DNA of 64,000 bases from Octopus sinensis (Eukaryota). The stretch is taken from NCBI RefSeq assembly GCF_006345805.1, contig NC_043005.1, forward strand, positions 21,514,001-21,578,000, given 5' to 3'. A program made the position numbers and the translations under genes. Below the pieces are notes generated by a model that saw only the letters and a list, made by a program, of their open reading frames with translations, was not told the DNA's origin and searched no databases. Positions 1-12,645 of this stretch are shown one piece after another; position 1 is the first letter of the stretch; each line of letters opens with the position of its first letter.

Positions 1-1765
1 TAAGATGAGATGTAGTTTGGTTTTGTTCTGGGTAGAAGCACCACTGATGCCATATTCCTGGTTCGACAACTGCAAGAGATATACCTAGCTAAAGATAAAC
101 ACATCTACTTAGCTTTCATGGACTTGGAGAAAGCCTTTGACAGGGTTCCCCGATCCCTTATCTGGTGGGCAATGCAGAAACTGGAGATTGACTAATGGTT
201 AATAAGGGCTGTACAGGCCATATACAGAGAGGCCATTAGTAAGATTAGGATTGGCAACGAGTATAGTGAAGAATTCTGGGTAGAAGTAGGGGTCCACCAA
301 GGTTCAGCCCTCAGCCACTTTTTATTCATCATAGTCCTCCAGGCAATAACAGAGGAATTCAAGTCGGGTTGCTCCTGGCAGCTCCTCTATGCTGATGACC
401 TGGCCCTAATTGCAGAATCACTACCGGAACTAGAAAAGAAATTCCGTGTGTGGAAGCTAGGTTTAGAATCAAAAGGCCTTAGAGTCAATGTAGCAAAGAC
501 TAAAGTTCTAATAAGTAGGAAGGTGAACTCATCACACACCCCTCATCACACACCCCTGCTCGATCTGTAGAAAAGGTGTAGGTAGAAACTCCATAAGATG
601 TACCCAGTGTAAGCTATGCATGCATAAGGGTTGCAGCAACATCAAAGGTAAATTAACCAAGAAGATAGCTTTCGTGTGCAACAGATGCACAGGGGCAATA
701 GACACCACAGATACTCAGAAAACAGATTCCATCACACTCCAGGAGGAGAAACTAGAAGTAGTTGATAGTTTCCACTACCTAGGTGACCAAGTTAGTAGTG
801 GAGGTGGATGCTCAGAGAGTGTTACCAATAGAATATGAATAGCCTGAGCAAAGTTTAGAAAGCTTCTACCCCTACTGGTGACAAAGGGTCTCTCACTCAG
901 AGTGAAAGGTAGATTGTACAACACATGTGTGAACTACCATGCTTCACGGTAATGAAACATGGGCTGTGACTGTGGAGGACATGCATAGGCTTGAAAGAAA
1001 TGAAGCTAGCATGATCTGCTGGATGTGTAATGTCAGTGTGCACACACGACAGAGTGTAAGCGCCCTGAGAGAAATGCTGGACATAAGAAACATCAGATGT
1101 GGTGTGCAAGAGAGACGTTTGTGCTGGTATGGTCATGTACTACAGATGGATGAGGAGAGGTGTGTGAAGAAGTGCCACTCCCAAACAGTTGAAGGAATCC
1201 AGGGTAGAGGTAGACCCAGGAAGACATGGGATGAGGTGGTCAAGCATGACCTTCGAATGTTAGGCCTCACAGAGGCAATGACAAAGACCAAGACCTCTGG
1301 ATATATGCTGAGACTGCGAAGACCTGACAAATAACGTGAGTTCATGGCTGTTTCCTGTACCAGCTTCACATAGCAGCCCCAGCCCATCCAAAGTACCTTG
1401 GATCGCAAGACAGCCTGCTGTGCTTACCTTGGATCGTAAGGCGACCTGCTGTGCTTGAGGAGATCTACATCAAAATAAAAATCAAATGGAAATCGTAGTT
1501 GTGATACCCATGCCAGTGGCACATAAAAAGCACCATCTGAATGTGGCTGATACCAGCGCTGCCTTGACTGTCTTCCATGCCGGTGGTATGTAAAAAGCAC
1601 CCACTACACTCACAGAGTGGTTGGCATTAGGAAGGTCATCCAGCTGTAAAAGCACTACCAGATCAGACTCGAGCCTAGTACAGCCTCCTAGCTTCCCAGA
1701 TCCCGGTCAACCCGTCCAACCCATGCTAGCATGGAAAATGGACGTTAAATGATGATGATGATGAT
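1..1765 (+). mobile_element. RTE-clade LINE, 3' part (decayed RT C-terminus, 3' UTR, (TGA)n tail)
   Basis: Broken frames with FMDLEKAFDRVP, LYADDL and the 620-838 and 939-1334 ORFs (HGNETWA...GRGRPRKTW), similar to the 782-aa RTE ORF at 8515-10863. Ends in catggaaaatggacgttaaa(tga)n. Confidence 0.92.
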
Positions 1766-1769
1766 ATAT

Positions 1770-2010
1770 CATCATCATCATTTAACGTCCATTGTCCATG
1801 CTGGCATGGATTGGACAGTTTGGCTGGTCTGGCATGCTGGAAAGCTGCATCTGATTTGGGATGGTTTTCTACTGCTGGATGCCTTTCCTAACATCAACCA
1901 TTCCGAGAGTGTAATAGGTGTTTTTATGTGCCACCAGCAGGGGTGTCATTTGTTTGACTCCTGAGTGTGTTTATGTGCCAATTTGCATGACACCGGTATC
2001 TGCTATGACT
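1770..2010 (-). mobile_element. RTE-family 3' end fragment, inverted
   Basis: (tca)n followed by tttaacgtccattgtccatgctggcatgg, the reverse complement of the tail at 1714-1765. Confidence 0.85.
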
Positions 2011-2199
2011 GCGATATATATATAAGTGCATGTATAAAATATATATAAAATATATATATGGTTTCAGTATATGTTTGAGTGTGTGTACATGCAAGTTTGT
2101 GTATATGCCCTGTATGAATGTGTGCATGTATGTTTGTGTGTATATTTTGCATGTGATGTATGTATATGAATATTCCAGTTCTATATTTAAGAGATGAGG

Positions 2200-2335
2200 A
2201 ATTATGTACATTATTTATATTATTTATATTTGACGGATATTTGTCCTCATTTTGTTTGTTGTTAATACGTTTCGGCTGATATACCCTCCAACCTTCATCA
2301 GGTGTCTTGGGGAAATCTTTAACCTGGGTTCTCAT
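2200..2335 (-). mobile_element. Penelope-like terminal remnant with minimal hammerhead-like core
   Basis: Minus strand reads cac-CTGATGA-a-ggttgg/tcagcc-GAAAC-GTA. Minimal hammerheads are established in Penelope-like terminal repeats. Confidence 0.5.
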
Positions 2336-2339
2336 TTTG

Positions 2340-2700
2340 CATTAAACTTGGGAAGTCTGATACAGACATTAAGCATGCTTCAGCAAGCTTATAGCAATGA
2401 GGCAATGGGATGTATGCAATGTTTTGAGTGGCATTGGTGCTTCAAAAAAGCAAACGAAAATCCTAGAAGATGATGAGTGATCAGGAAGACAAAAGTGTCA
2501 CACCTGGAAATGTGGTATCGTGCATCAAGAATTCATCCCCACCCCCAATCAAACTGTCAAGTGTTTTGCTGCGATATTTTGAAGCATTTGCGAGAGGATA
2601 TTTGGCAAAACAGACCAGACCTGTGGAGCACAAAGAACTGGATTCTTCACAATGAAAGTGTACCTGACTTACGGGAGAACAATAGATTGTTCTCTGTGTT
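2340..2700 (+). mobile_element. mariner transposase remnant, internally deleted
   Basis: QTLSMLQQAYSNEAMGCMQCFEWH (HTH region) and LREDIWQNRPDLWSTKNWILHNE (catalytic region) lie in adjacent broken frames. Confidence 0.75.
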
Positions 2701-3081
2701 ACAAATAGTTCATCTTGTCTTCAGTTTGAGACTGCATTCACATCCTGGCCTGAATAACATTGATAATTAAGCATATAGGAGGAATTTGAATTTGCACTGT
2801 CTTGTGTTTTGACACAACCCTGAATCAAATAGACAGAGGTAATAATTTCAATGCTTTCTTAATCAGATGTGAAAAACTTTTATGTTTATTTTGGTATAAG
2901 TTACCTACTTTTTTCTAGCTGGTCAAGTATTGGTCAACAACAGCCTTAAAATAAGTAGTTCCTATTACCATTACTTTGATCAAATTTCCTGCCTGGCAGA
3001 CAGGATGGTCTAGCTCTGTAGAAGATTAATGTAGTTTGTTCTCCATTTTCTTTAATTTGTATGATTATGAGATTGATTAAT

Positions 3082-4283
3082 ATCAAATCAAACCAAATCA
3101 AAATAGATGAACATCAATGGAATTTGTATCTTTGTGGTACCAGTACCGGTGGCACACAAGAAAACCATCCGAACGTGGCCGTAGCCAGTACCGCATCGAC
3201 TGGCCTCTGTGATGTGGGCACATAACAAACACCATCCGATCGTGGCCGTCCGCCAGCCTCATCTGGCACCTGTGTTGGTGGCACATAAAAACACCAACCG
3301 AAGACCCGGCAAGACTAGTCAGGCCATAACCCGTGGCCCCTACTTGGGACGTAGTCAGTCCACCTGTGTATACCTTCCTTCCTTCTTGTGACACTTGTGA
3401 AGACCTGTGAAGACCTGTTGAGGCAAGTGAAAATCAAATCAAATCAGATCAAAATAGATGAACATCAATGGAATTTGTATCTTTGTGGTACCAGTGCCGG
3501 TGGCACACAAGAAAACCATCCGAACGTGGCCGTAGCCAGTACCGCGTCGACTGGCCTCCGTGCTGTGGGCACGCAACAAACACCATCCGATCGTGGCCGT
3601 TCGCCAGCCTCATCTGGCACCTGTGTCGGTGGCACATAAAAACACCATCCGAAGACCCGGCAAGACTAGTCAGGCCATAACCCGTGGCCCCTACCTGGGA
3701 CGTAGTCAGTCCACCTGTGCATACCTTCCTTCTTGTGACACTTGTGAAGACCTGTTGAGGCAAGTGAAAATCAAATCAAATCAAAACAAATCAAAATAGA
3801 TGAACATCAATGGAATTTGTATCTTTGTGGTACCAGTGCCGGTGGCACACAAGAAAATCATCCGAACGTGGCCGTAGCCAGTACCGCATAGACTGGCCTC
3901 CGTGCTTTGGGGACGTAACAAACACCATCCGATCGTGGCCGTCCGCCAGCCTCATCTGGCACCTGTGTCGGTGGCACATAAAAACACCATCCGAGCGTGG
4001 CCGTCTGCCAGCCTCATCTGGCACCTGTGTCGGTGGCACATAAAAACACCATCCGAGCGTGGCCGTTCGCCAGCCTCGTCTGGCACCTGTGTCGGTGGCA
4101 CATAAAATCACCCACTACACTCTCGGAGTGGTTGGCGTTAGGAAGGGCATCCAGCTGTAGAAACACTGCAAGATCTGACTGGCCTGGTGCAGCCTTCGGG
4201 CTCCCCAGACCCCAGTTGAACCGTCCAACCCATGCTAGCATGGAAAACGGACGCTAAATGATGATGATGATGATGATGATGAT
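3082..4283 (+). mobile_element. Non-coding RTE 3'-UTR concatemer (three ~345-bp units, internal ~58-bp subrepeats, (TGA)n tail)
   Basis: aatagatgaacatcaatgg recurs at 3102, 3453 and 3795. The sequence matches the 3' UTR of the RTE copy at 7700-8270 (minus strand). Confidence 0.9.
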
Positions 4284-4613
4284 AGTATTAGGAAACTATG
4301 ATTCTACAACCTTATCAGAAACATGCATAAGCTAGCTGGAATAAATTATTTAAATATCCATCATCCTTGTACCTTTTCTATTATACTCTGTAACTATTGT
4401 ATATATCAATTTTACTTGGTGACTAAGCTTTTCATTAGGATCCTTAAGGATCACTTCCTTTCATGTGATATATGTATGTCTGTATGTGTGTGCCAATATC
4501 TTTAGTTTGTTACAGTCAATATCTTTTATTCTAAATTTGTCATTATTTCCTCATTCTCACCCTCCTCCTAACATATATTCACCATTGATATCAATTTCTA
4601 TTATCACTTCCAG

Positions 4614-4784
4614 TTATTACAAAAGTTGATTGTGGACTGCCAAAAGATGTTGTTGGTGCAAAGAAGTCCTACACTAAAACCACCTATAAATCTGAAGTGA
4701 CCTACACCTGTCCAGGAAGACAAAAGTTGAAGTCAAGATGTAAAGATGACAATAAATGGACTCCAGTTACATCCAGTTGCAAAG
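4614..4784 (+). CDS. Exon A1, Sushi/CCP-like domain of a multi-domain extracellular protein
   Basis: ttccag|...aaag|gtaatt; 171 nt, phase 1-1; ITKVDCGLPKDVVGAKKSYTKTTYKSEVTYTCPGRQKLKSRCKDDNKWTPVTSSCK (4 Cys, YTC, W before last Cys). Confidence 0.85.
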
Positions 4785-5380
4785 GTAATTTAAATAGGTT
4801 CGCTTCTGTTGTCTCTGTCTAGGTATTTTTGTTTAATTTTTTTTATTAAATATCTTTGTCAGAAGAATGTCTGTATCCATGACAATTTCTATAGTATTTG
4901 TGGCTGGTTGGAAGGAAAGCAAGAGCTGTCCTCAGACCAGATAACTTTCCAAATCTATGCAAATGAATAGACTTGCATAAGCTATCCAAGGTTGAGGTAA
5001 TGGTATTAATTTGAGTGAAGAATTAAGTTTACCAACCAAGAACATCAAGTGAGGAAGTGTGTTCTCTCCAGCAGGCTTCAGCATAGTTTCCATCCATCAA
5101 ACTTCATTCACAATTCTTAGTCATGAAACAGATTGGTAACATCAACAATGATTATTATTATTTATGCTGGTGATGGATTGAGAAAATCATCAGAACATCA
5201 GACAAAATGTGTTGTGGTATTAGTTCTGGCTCTTTTCCAGGGCCAATAAAATAAAATACCAGTCAAGTGTAAGGCCCAATTTAATCAATCACTTCCTACC
5301 TCAAATTTTTGTCCTTTTTTCTATGTTAGAAATTTTTGTTTTTGGTGTTTACATTTATCTCAATCTTATTTTAATTCCAG

Positions 5381-5620
5381 TTTCTAAAATCCATTTTGTG
5401 AAAGTAAAAGGTGCAGTTCTTGATATACCTGGAAAAATTTTGGAGAGTAATAAAAGTCTAACAGCAGATGTTTGCGCAGAAAGATGTTTGTCTAACAAAA
5501 ATTGTTTATCCTTTGAAATAACTGAAGAAACTGGAAAATGTTACTTATCAAAGGAAAGTGCAACTTCCTCCAAGAAAATAAAAGGAGCCAAAAGCAGAGA
5601 TTACTACCAACGAATAAATT
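5381..5620 (+). CDS. Exon B1, PAN/Apple-like domain
   Basis: ttccag|...aatt|gtaatt; 240 nt, phase 1-1; C-x3-C-x5-C-x-SF-x8-C-YL and DYYQR (CAERCLSNKNCLSFEITEETGKCYLS). Confidence 0.87.
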
Positions 5621-6169
5621 GTAATTATTCTTTGTGTTTTTCTTTTCCACTTATTTTGAAATTTGTAATTCCATTTCTACTTTGTGATACAGTTTTCTCT
5701 AATAGAATATCTACTTTTAAGTGGGGATAAATATTATCTCTTGATATTAATACTGCCTCTGTCACCAATATGTATTTTTCAACAAGCTAACTGGCTAATC
5801 ATGACATTAGCACCTGTTCTCACACTGTGATTCTGTATATTGCTGTAGCAGTCAAGTGTCCAACATTGACAAGACCAAAAAAGCTTGAAATGATCTAGTG
5901 ATCTCAGTGCTGGATATAGCAAGGATTTATCTCCCCACTAGCGATATAAACAAGAGTGCATTTTGCACCAAAAAGCCAATATGACTGTCTCTCATGGTAA
6001 CTGCTTCAGTAGACATTACTTTAGACTTTAAGTCAGATATTACACAAAGAATACCCCATGAGTAACTTAAGAAGTAGATCAGAAGACTTCATGGGAATTT
6101 CCACTTCTACTTCCAAGCTATATAATATTAAATTTTTTAGCAAGTATTACTGAAAAAATCTCCAATTTA

Positions 6170-6580
6170 TCCACAAATCTTTTATCATTTAGTTGTTGCA
6201 ATCATTTGATTGTGTCCATGTTGCTGCAACACCTTGAAGGGTTTTAGTTGAACAAATCAGCTCTAGGATTTATGTTTTAAAGCCAAGTACTAATTCTATC
6301 AGTCTCTTTTGCCAAACTACTAAGTTACAGGGTTGCAAATACACCACAAGCAGTTGTCAAGTGGTGGTGGGAGATGAACACACTCACACACACACATACA
6401 CACCTATATACAACAGGCTTCTTTCAGTTTCCGTTCTACCAAATTCACTCACAAAGCTTTGGTCAGCCAGGGGCTACAGTAGAAGACAATTGCCCATGCT
6501 TCCATGCAGTGGGACTGAACCTGCAACCATGTGGTTGAGAAGCAAGCTTGTTACCACACAGGCATGCTTGTGCTTACACA
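6170..6580 (-). mobile_element. tRNA-headed SINE (decayed)
   Basis: Minus strand begins with a tRNA-like head (ctgtgtggtaacaagcttgcttctcaaccacatggttgcaggttcagtcccactgc), then body and a (TG)n-type tract. A related 3' part lies near 34370-34580. Confidence 0.7.
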
Positions 6581-7699
6581 TATTTTTGATAGCATCTTTT
6601 ACAGTACAACAAGGTGTTATTTTGGATTGGCTTTAGAGAGAATATAGTATAAACAGAGCAACTTCCATCTCCACACCAAAACAGAATTAGGGAGGGATCA
6701 AATTTATTCTGTCTTCAGTTCAACCTAAATGTCTCAATGAACATGACCAGGAACTTTTTATCCTGTATTAGACACCATTTCTCAGAATGTGCATAGTGTT
6801 AAAGTTTGTAACTCTTCCAGCATTTCCACAACAGGAAATGCATACACGTATCCAGCTTTTATTCATGATGCCTAGTTATAACTGTCAAAATCCATCAAGC
6901 CCTCTGCTGAAAGAATTCTACCTTTCTATGTTAGTGGTATATAGAACAACCTTCACTCCAACTGATGGCTTCACAGTGAGACTTACTATCAGTAACTTCA
7001 AGAAAAGTTTCATTTAACTTATTTATTCTTTTAAGTTAATGTACAGGGGAAAGTTCACCTCTATTATAGTTTTATTTGGAGTGTCCAAGAACAGGAAAAT
7101 GATCTACCTAGCATAAGCACAAGCTTACTCACCTAATTATAAACAATGTTCTGTGTTCAAATATTATGTAATTATATAGAAATACCATGTAATCAGAATT
7201 TGAAAGAAAATATTAGAAAGCCATCTAATTCAGTATTTTTTATACAGACAATTTGTTATCAAAAGCACAATCGGTCCATGAGAATATGTTTTTGCATAGT
7301 CACCCATCTCAAAATTCATGTGCATTCTATTTTATCATAAGATGTACTTGGAAGCTCACCTAATTGTTTAGGTTGTACATAAATTATATGTACATTCCTC
7401 TTCTGCTAGTGTGCTTTTCTATAAGATTAAAGGAATTTTAACAACACTTGACACACTGGCTAACCACCTGCTGATCAGCACTTAGACAATACTAAATTAA
7501 TCCATTAGAAAAAGATATGCAAATGATACACAACTTAAACTTTGAAAGAAGTTTTCAAATGAGCCTGAAGATGTACTAAAACTCACATGAATTCCAAGTT
7601 GTAATTATGTGGATCAATTATCTGTTTATAATAAATTGTCCTTTTAAATTAAATTATGCACCAGATGCTATAATAATGTTTAATGTGTGTGTGAGATTC

Positions 7700-10600
7700 A
7701 TCATCATCATCATCATCATCGTTTAACGTCCGCTTTCCATGCTAGCATGGGTTGGACGGTTCAACTGGGGTCTGGGAAGCCTGAAGGCTGCACCAGGCCA
7801 GTCAGATCTGGCAGTGTTTCTACAGCTGGATGCCCTTCCTAACGCCAACCAATCCGAGAGTGTAGTGGGTGATTTTATGTGCTACCGACACAGGTGCCAG
7901 ACGAAGCTGGTGAACGGCCACGCTCGGATGGTGTTTTTTTATGTGCCACCGACACAGGTGCCAGACGAGGCTGGCGAATGACCACGATCGGATGGTGTTT
8001 GTTATGTGCCCACAGCACGGAGGCCAGTCGATGCGGTACTGGCTACGGCCACGTTCGGATGGTTGTCTTATGTGCCACAAAGATACAAATTCCATTGATG
8101 TTCATCTATTTTGATTTGGTTTGATTTTGGTTTGATTTTCACTTGCCTCAACAGGTCTTCACAAGTGTCACAAGAAGGAAGGTATGCACAGGTGGACTGA
8201 CTATGTCCCAGGTAGGGGCCACTGGTTATGGCCTCACTAGTTTTGCCGGGTCTTCTCACGCACAGCATACTTCCATAGGTCTCAGTCTCTAGTCATTTCC
8301 TTGGTGAGACCTAAAGTTCGAAGGTCATGTTTCACCACCTCATCTCAGGTTTTCCTGGGTCTACCTCTTCCACAGGTTCCCTCAACTGCTAGGGTGTAGC
8401 ACTTTTGCACACAACTATCTTCAGCCATTCTCATCACATGACCATACCAGCGCAAACGTCTCTCTTGCACACCACAACTGATGCTTCTTAGGTTCAACAT
8501 TTCTCTCAAGGTACTTACACTCTGTCGATTATGAACACTGACATTACACTGGCTTCATTTCTTGTGAGCTTACGCATATCCTCAGCAGTCACGGCCCATG
8601 TTTCACTACCATGTAGCATGGCTGTATGTACACATGCATCATACAGTCTGCCTTTTACTCTGAGCGAGAGGCCTTTTGTCACCAGTAGGGGTAAGAGCTC
8701 TCTAAACTTTGCCCAGGCTATTCTTACTCTAGCCGTTACACTTTCAGCACACCCACCCCTGCTACTGACTTGGTCACCTAGGTAGTGGAAGCTATCAACT
8801 ACTTCTAGTTTGTCTCCCTGGAACGTGGTAGAAGTTGGTCTCTGCACATTTCCAGTGTTTATTGCTCCTGAGCATCTGCCACAGACAAAAACTATTTTCC
8901 TAGTTAGCCTTCCTTTGACATTGCTGCACCTCTTATGTGTCCATAGCTTACACTTGGTGCACCTTATAGAGTTTCTACCTACACCTTTTTTACAGATCGA
9001 GCAGGGCCATCTACCTGAAGTCGTTTGTGATTGGTCCACCTTCCTACATATTAGGACTTTGGTTTTGGCTAGGTTGATTCTAAGGCCCTTCGATTCTAAT
9101 CCTTGTTTCCACACCTGAAACTTCTCCTCCAGTTCTGATAGTGACTCAGCAATTAGAGCAAGGTCATCAGCATAGAGGAGCTCCCAGGGGCATCCTGTCT
9201 TGAATTCCTCCGTTATTGTCTGAAGGACTATGATAAATAGGAGGGGACTGAGGACTGAACCTTGGTGGACCCCAACCTCTACCCGGAATTCTTCACTGTA
9301 CTCGTTGCCAACCCTCACCTTACTAGCAGCGTCTCTGTACATGGCTCGCACAGCTCTCACTAACCATTCATCTATCCCTAGTTTCCTCATTGACCACCAG
9401 ATAAGAGATCGGGGGACCCTGTCAAAGGCTTTCTCCATGTCAACAAAAGCCAGGTACAGGGGCTTATCTTTGGCTAGGTATTTCTCCTGCAGCTGTCTTA
9501 CCAGGAATATAGCATCAGTAGTACTTTTCCCTGGCATGAACCCAAACTGCATCTCATCTAAGCTAACTCTCTCTCTAATTAATTGGGCTATAACCCTCTC
9601 CGTAACCTTCATTACCTGATCCAGCAGCTTGATGCCCCTGTAGTTATTTGTATCTAGGGCATCACCTTTACCTTTGTAGCAGTTGACTATTATGTTGCTA
9701 CACCAGTCATTGGGTATGACTCCTTCGTGTATCACCTGGTTAACTATATGGGTGACTATGCTATAGCCGACACTACCAGATATTTTGAGCATCTCTGCAG
9801 TAATTCCTGATGGGCCTGGGGCTTTCCCTGTTTTCATGCTTGTAATTGCCTTAACTACTAAGGAACTGTTAACTCGGATTGCTGGTCCCTCTGTTGGGTC
9901 GACATTTGGCAGACTCTCTTTATCCCATTCATTTTCCTCATTCAGCAACCTTTCATAGTGGCGTCTCCAAGCCTCTCTCTTTGCATCCTCATTTAGCGCA
10001 AGTGAACCGTCATCCTTGCGAACACATTTCTCTCCTACCACGTCACGATTCTCTCTCACACACTGTCTTGCAACACAAAATACCTCAAGTCTTTCATCCT
10101 CATGGCGCAGGACATTGGCAAACTTTTTCTTATCTGCTTCCCCTCTGGCTAGATAGACCTGTCTCCTAGCTTCTCTTCTAGCAGTCTGATACACTTCCCT
10201 GCTACCACCGTTCTTCCAGGCCTTCCAAGCCTGTTTCTTTTGTCTAATAGCCCTGTCAACAATATTGTTCCACCACCACGTTATTTTGGGTCTTAAGGGG
10301 ACTTTGCACCAGCCACAGATCTGGTCAGTGGCTTTCAGCAGGTTGTCCCTCAGAAGCGTCCAGTTGTCTTCTACCCCATGTGTAGCTATACCCCCTTCCA
10401 TTTCGTCAAAGGCATCAAGTAACATATCTCTAAATCTCTGTCCATTCACAGGGTCTTTAAGCTTCCAGACCCTTCTTCTCCATGTTGGTCGTCTTCTAGT
10501 TGCCCTCTTAGTCCTGATCCTAAAGTCACTAACTACCAGTCTATGTTGTGGGGTGCATTCTTCGCCTGGGAAGGTTTTGGCATTTATAAGCAGCCATCTT

Positions 10601-11023
10601 TCCCTTTTTCTGGCAAGGATGTAGTCGATTTGGCTAGTATGCCGGCCCAATCGGTAGGTGACCAGGTGGCTTGTCGGTTTCCTGAAGTTAGTGTTGCAAA
10701 CCATAAGACTATTTGCATCGCAGAACTCCAGCAGCCTAGTTCCCTCCTCGTTGCGGGAACCATAACCATAGCCTCCATGTACGCCATGGAAGCCACCAGC
10801 ATGTCGTCCAACATGCCCATTGAAATCACCAGCCACAAAGAGAAGGTCCCTGTCGTTCATCAATGAGGTGGTCTACAGTAGGGTGTCATAGAAACTGTCT
10901 TTCTGTCCATCGGGTAGCCCTGGCTGAGGGGCATAGGCCGATATAATGGTTGCTAATCTATGATGAAGCACTATTCTAATCTTAAGTATTCTGTCACTTA
11001 CTCTGATTACCTCAATTACTTTA
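7700..11023 (-). mobile_element. RTE-clade LINE, 5'-truncated within the endonuclease, relatively young
   Basis: Continuous EN(partial)-RT homology. One TAG near 10873 and one short deletion/frameshift near 8550. Full 3' UTR and (TGA)n tail at about 7700-7722. Removing it restores homology with the intron upstream of exon C3. Confidence 0.95.
8515..10863 (-). pseudogene. RTE ORF remnant, 782 aa (EN C-terminus, RT, C4HC3 finger)
   Basis: AGDFNGHVG, SQIDYIL (APE endonuclease); KAPGPSG, YRGIKL, FVDMEKAFD, GVHQGSVLSP, YADD (RT). Confidence 0.93.
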
Positions 11024-11061
11024 TGAAATGTAATTCTTGTTTTCTTTCTTTTTTTATCTAG

Positions 11062-11295
11062 CTGATAAAGATATTTTAAAATTTGAAAAAACTTCCATAC
11101 CAAGAGAAGATACATTTAAACGGCTGGAAAATGTGACCGTAAAGGAGTGTGACCATGCTTGTCATCAAACTCCAGGATGTAACTCTTATGAGTATAATGA
11201 GAAAGCTAAGTTCTGTGATCAAAGTGATGCGACTCACCTGACTCATGACCTTCAACCAGATCAAAAGGATTGGGATACTTATGTCATTAACCCAG
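11062..11295 (+). CDS. Exon C1, PAN/Apple-like domain (type 2)
   Basis: tatctag|...cccag|gtcagt; 234 nt, phase 1-1; CDHACHQTPGCNSYEYNEKAKFCDQS...WDTY. Confidence 0.87.
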
Positions 11296-11466
11296 GTCAG
11301 TAGAGTGTTTTCATTTTATTTTATTATGCATGTACTTGCATGTATCTGTGTGTTTGTGTGTATTATTTACATATACATACATGTGTTTGTGCAATATATA
11401 CATGTATATATGTATACAGAGGCAAATATGTAAATAAACAAATTAGACAGATTAAATATATTAAAT

Positions 11467-11620
11467 ATCTATTAGAATAAAAGCGAAATTCTGTCTGTCT
11501 GGGACCCTTGTATCTCAGTCTACATTCGCTCTACAAAGACATATTATAGCTTGGGGAATCTGAATGATCCCAGGATTGAATATTTGCATCTTCATTTAGT
11601 TCTTTAACATCTGGTTTTGG
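11467..11620 (+). mobile_element. Helitron-like non-autonomous element 5' end (fragment)
   Basis: a|tctattagaataaaagcgaaattctgtctgtctg resembles the 5' end at 24215. No matching 3' end was located. Confidence 0.45.
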
Positions 11621-12009
11621 GATCTGATTCAAAAACATTTGGCTTACTACTTCTTGCAGATAAAGTTTGGCTGATTCACACCATCCTGGTTAATGTTTGT
11701 CAGATGATGTCAGATAAATAGCATTGCTTCATTAATTTTACATTGAGATAAGGACTTTGGGACGAACTGGCCAACAGTTAGATTTCAGCTTGGGACTGGA
11801 ACAATAAAATGATTGCATTACAGAATTAATTCTCATCCATCTTTTACCTCTGATTAAACATCATCAGAACATATAGTCATTATAAATAAATTATAGTCAT
11901 GCTATTTAGCTCTTTGTGGTTTGGGGACACAGGCCCAATTTACCCTTAGCCAGAGCTAGCTTAAAATTTTGCACAGAGTGCAGCTTTTAAGCTAGTCTTT
12001 AGATATAAG

Positions 12010-12560
12010 ACAAAGGATGTTTGTGTGTAATACATATGCATTTCAACAGGTTTCAACCGATTTGCTCTCTTTTTTCTCTTTGTTTATTTCTTTCTTATTT
12101 CTCTTTTTCTCATTCTCCATTTCTCTTGCTTACACATATTCTCTCTCACTCTCTAATAGTTCCTCTCTTTTTGTCTGTGTCTGTTTCTTTCACTCTCTCT
12201 CTCTCTATTTCTCTCTCTATCTTTATCTCAGTACTTACTAGCTTTAGTCTACAAATTGACTTCCATGTATTTCAATTGGTCATGAGTAACAATCTCTGTG
12301 ATGGCTTTTGTATGTTCACCATGATTATTTTAAATTTTTGTTCACCCATTGTGTTTAAATTCAGCTTTTCCAATTCTGCCTAAAAATTTACTTCAGTGTA
12401 TTTCAATTTTTTCATGTTTAAAAATCTTTGTCTTTGCAGTATTTGTACATTCCCCTACAACATTACTTATTTAAAATTTTTTGCACTTCATCTATTTAAA
12501 TACACTATTCTCTTGCAACCTCCACAATAGTTCCTCTCTTTTAGTCTATGTCTGTTTCCT

Positions 12561-12611
<51 letters not shown>

Positions 12612-12613
12612 CC

Positions 12614-12645
<32 letters not shown>

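Noticed and set aside
3405-3435. ctgttgaggcaagtgaaa as a hammerhead core in each concatemer unit
   Set aside because: A6 is replaced by U, there is no stem II, and no stem III or cleavage triplet follows.
3098-4257. Many overlapping 60-106 aa ORFs with repeated motifs; array superficially CRISPR-like
   Set aside because: They are translations of the repeated RTE 3' UTR on both strands. Units are near-identical with no unique spacers, and there are no cas genes in this eukaryotic context.
5621-5730. In-frame hydrophobic tails after B exons as transmembrane anchors via intron retention
   Set aside because: Length and sequence are not conserved across B1-B4 and T-rich intron composition explains them. 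RNA data would be needed to revive this.
7555-7600. gcctgaaga motif (also near 40992) as a hammerhead
   Set aside because: No stem II or GAAA at the proper distance.
8531-10866. Plus-strand ORFs of 84-129 aa
   Set aside because: Antisense shadows of the RTE ORF.
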